From: Geotalea daltonii FRC-32
GTDB lineage: Bacteria; Desulfobacterota; Desulfuromonadia; Geobacterales; Geobacteraceae
NCBI RefSeq assembly: GCF_000022265.1
Contig: NC_011979.1
Coordinates: 1,140,001 to 1,172,000, forward strand
Direction: 5' to 3'
DNA length: 32,000 nt
Below, piece after piece: positions 30,931 to 32,000 of the stretch. The notes under the pieces are model-generated. The model was given only the letters and a program-made list of their open reading frames with translations, did not search any database and was not told where the DNA came from. How positions within the stretch are numbered: position 1 is the stretch's first letter; every line of letters starts with the position of its first letter. Made by a program: the position numbers and the translations under genes.

Positions 30931-31029
30931 TGGCTGCCGGTTGTAGTGAAGCTCTTGCTGCCTCATTTTGTGTTGACAAATGACCCCGCCGGACAGAAAA
31001 TCTGCATTTTCTGCCCGGCGGGGCATAAG

Positions 31030-32000
31030 ATGGAGGGATTTTTGAGTAATGATAATCGCAGATTGATGCAGGGCAATGAAGCGATTGCCCGTGCTCTTGT
31101 TGAGAACGGATGTGCCATGGCCACGTCCTATCCGGGAACGCCCGCATCGGAAATTCTCTCCGGGGTGATGGCATGGCAGAAGGCCGAAGGCTTGGCCATG
31201 CATGTGGAATGGGCGATCAATGAAAAGGTGGCCCTGGAAATAGCCTATGCCGGCAGCCAGTCCGGCCTGAGAACAGCCGTTGCCATGAAGCAGGTGGGGC
31301 TTAACGTTGCCTCCGATCCCTTCATGAGCGCCGCCTACCTGGGGGTAGTCGGAGGCTTCATCGTCATCAGCGCCGACGATCCGGGTCCCCATTCGTCCCA
31401 GACGGAACAGGACAGCCGCCTTTTGGCCATGCTGGCCAAGGTTCCGGTGCTGGACCCGGATTCACCGGCTCAGGGCCAGGAGCTGGTAGCCCTGGGTTAT
31501 GAGCTTTCCGAAGCGTTCCAGGTGCCGGTCATGCTCAGGCCGACGACCCGGGTTTGCCACGCCTGCCAGGACATTCAGCCTGCTCCGGTGATGAAGCTGG
31601 AACGCCGGGCCGATTTCAGGAAAGAACCCTCACGATGGGCGGCCACACCAAACTTCCGCTACCGGCTCCACCTTGAACTGAACGACAAGCTGGCCCGCAT
31701 TGCTGCCCATGGGCCGACTGCTCCCCGCCGCCTCAATCCCCATATACGATCAAAGAAGGCTATAGTGGCGTCTGGGGCTGCTGCCGGACATGCCAAAGAG
31801 CTCATGACCAACCTTGGGCTTCTGGATGAAATTGCCTTTTTCCAGGTGCTCCAGCCCTATCCGCTTCATATCCGGTTCATCGAAGAGGTTCTGCGGGAAT
31901 ACGATGAGATCATGGTGCTGGAAGAGACCACCGGTGTCATCGAAATGCAGCTCCGTGACCGTGCAAAGGTGCGGGGCAAGCTGTCCGGAGTCGTCCCCGA
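31030..32000 (+). CDS. iorA: Indolepyruvate:ferredoxin oxidoreductase alpha subunit, 3' partial (continues past the window end)
   Basis: My own translation reads MEGFLSNDNRRLMQGNEAIARALVENGCAMATSYPGTPASEIL...VISADDPGPHSSQTEQDSR..., the TPP-binding N-terminus typical of IorA. The frame stays open to nt 32000. The ORF is absent from the supplied track because it has no stop in the window. Confidence 0.75.
   Translation, partial: MEGFLSNDNRRLMQGNEAIARALVENGCAMATSYPGTPASEILSGVMAWQKAEGLAMHVEWAINEKVALEIAYAGSQSGLRTAVAMKQVGLNVASDPFMSAAYLGVVGGFIVISADDPGPHSSQTEQDSRLLAMLAKVPVLDPDSPAQGQELVALGYELSEAFQVPVMLRPTTRVCHACQDIQPAPVMKLERRADFRKEPSRWAATPNFRYRLHLELNDKLARIAAHGPTAPRRLNPHIRSKKAIVASGAAAGHAKELMTNLGLLDEIAFFQVLQPYPLHIRFIEEVLREYDEIMVLEETTGVIEMQLRDRAKVRGKLSGVVP

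Overview
The window looks like a Geobacter-type (Desulfuromonadota) chromosome; this is inferred from gene content, not searched. It splits into two parts. Part 1 (nt 1-8000) is a scrambled accessory island. It holds a frameshifted IS256-family transposase and a visibly AT-rich block with a Cys-rich secreted protein, an orphan Hint-domain toxin fragment and a SUKH/SMI1-KNR4 immunity gene. It also holds two copies of one Rhs/YD-repeat fragment with identical breakpoints. Two paralogous RAYT-like HUH (Y1) transposase genes, each fused to a DnaA-domain-IV-like HTH, sit between their own inverted REP-like repeats. A truncated third copy, solo repeats at most module junctions and a 12-bp tandem array growing out of one repeat end complete the island. 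I consider this two-family REP/RAYT-like system cutting up an rhs toxin locus the best candidate for something undescribed. Part 2 (nt 8000-32000) is core-like. It contains an AhpD-like gene, an rcoM-cooS-cooC-cooF-FAD/NAD oxidoreductase CO-oxidation cluster, and a 2004-aa secreted multihaem cytochrome. By manual count the cytochrome has 30 CXXCH and 14 CX3-4CH motifs, and it carries an in-frame 1074-bp internal duplication. Downstream are a two-repeat CQLGCF protein, a D-2-hydroxyacid dehydrogenase, cstA with an adjacent lytS/lytR pair, a CheY-like gene, membrane proteins, an M23 peptidase and the start of iorA. Three families of 130-166 bp MITE-like elements with CTAG termini are scattered in intergenic regions. 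Two sets of direct repeats with 20-21 bp spacing look like LytTR operators, one upstream of cooS and one upstream of cstA. No rRNA, tRNA or CRISPR array was found.
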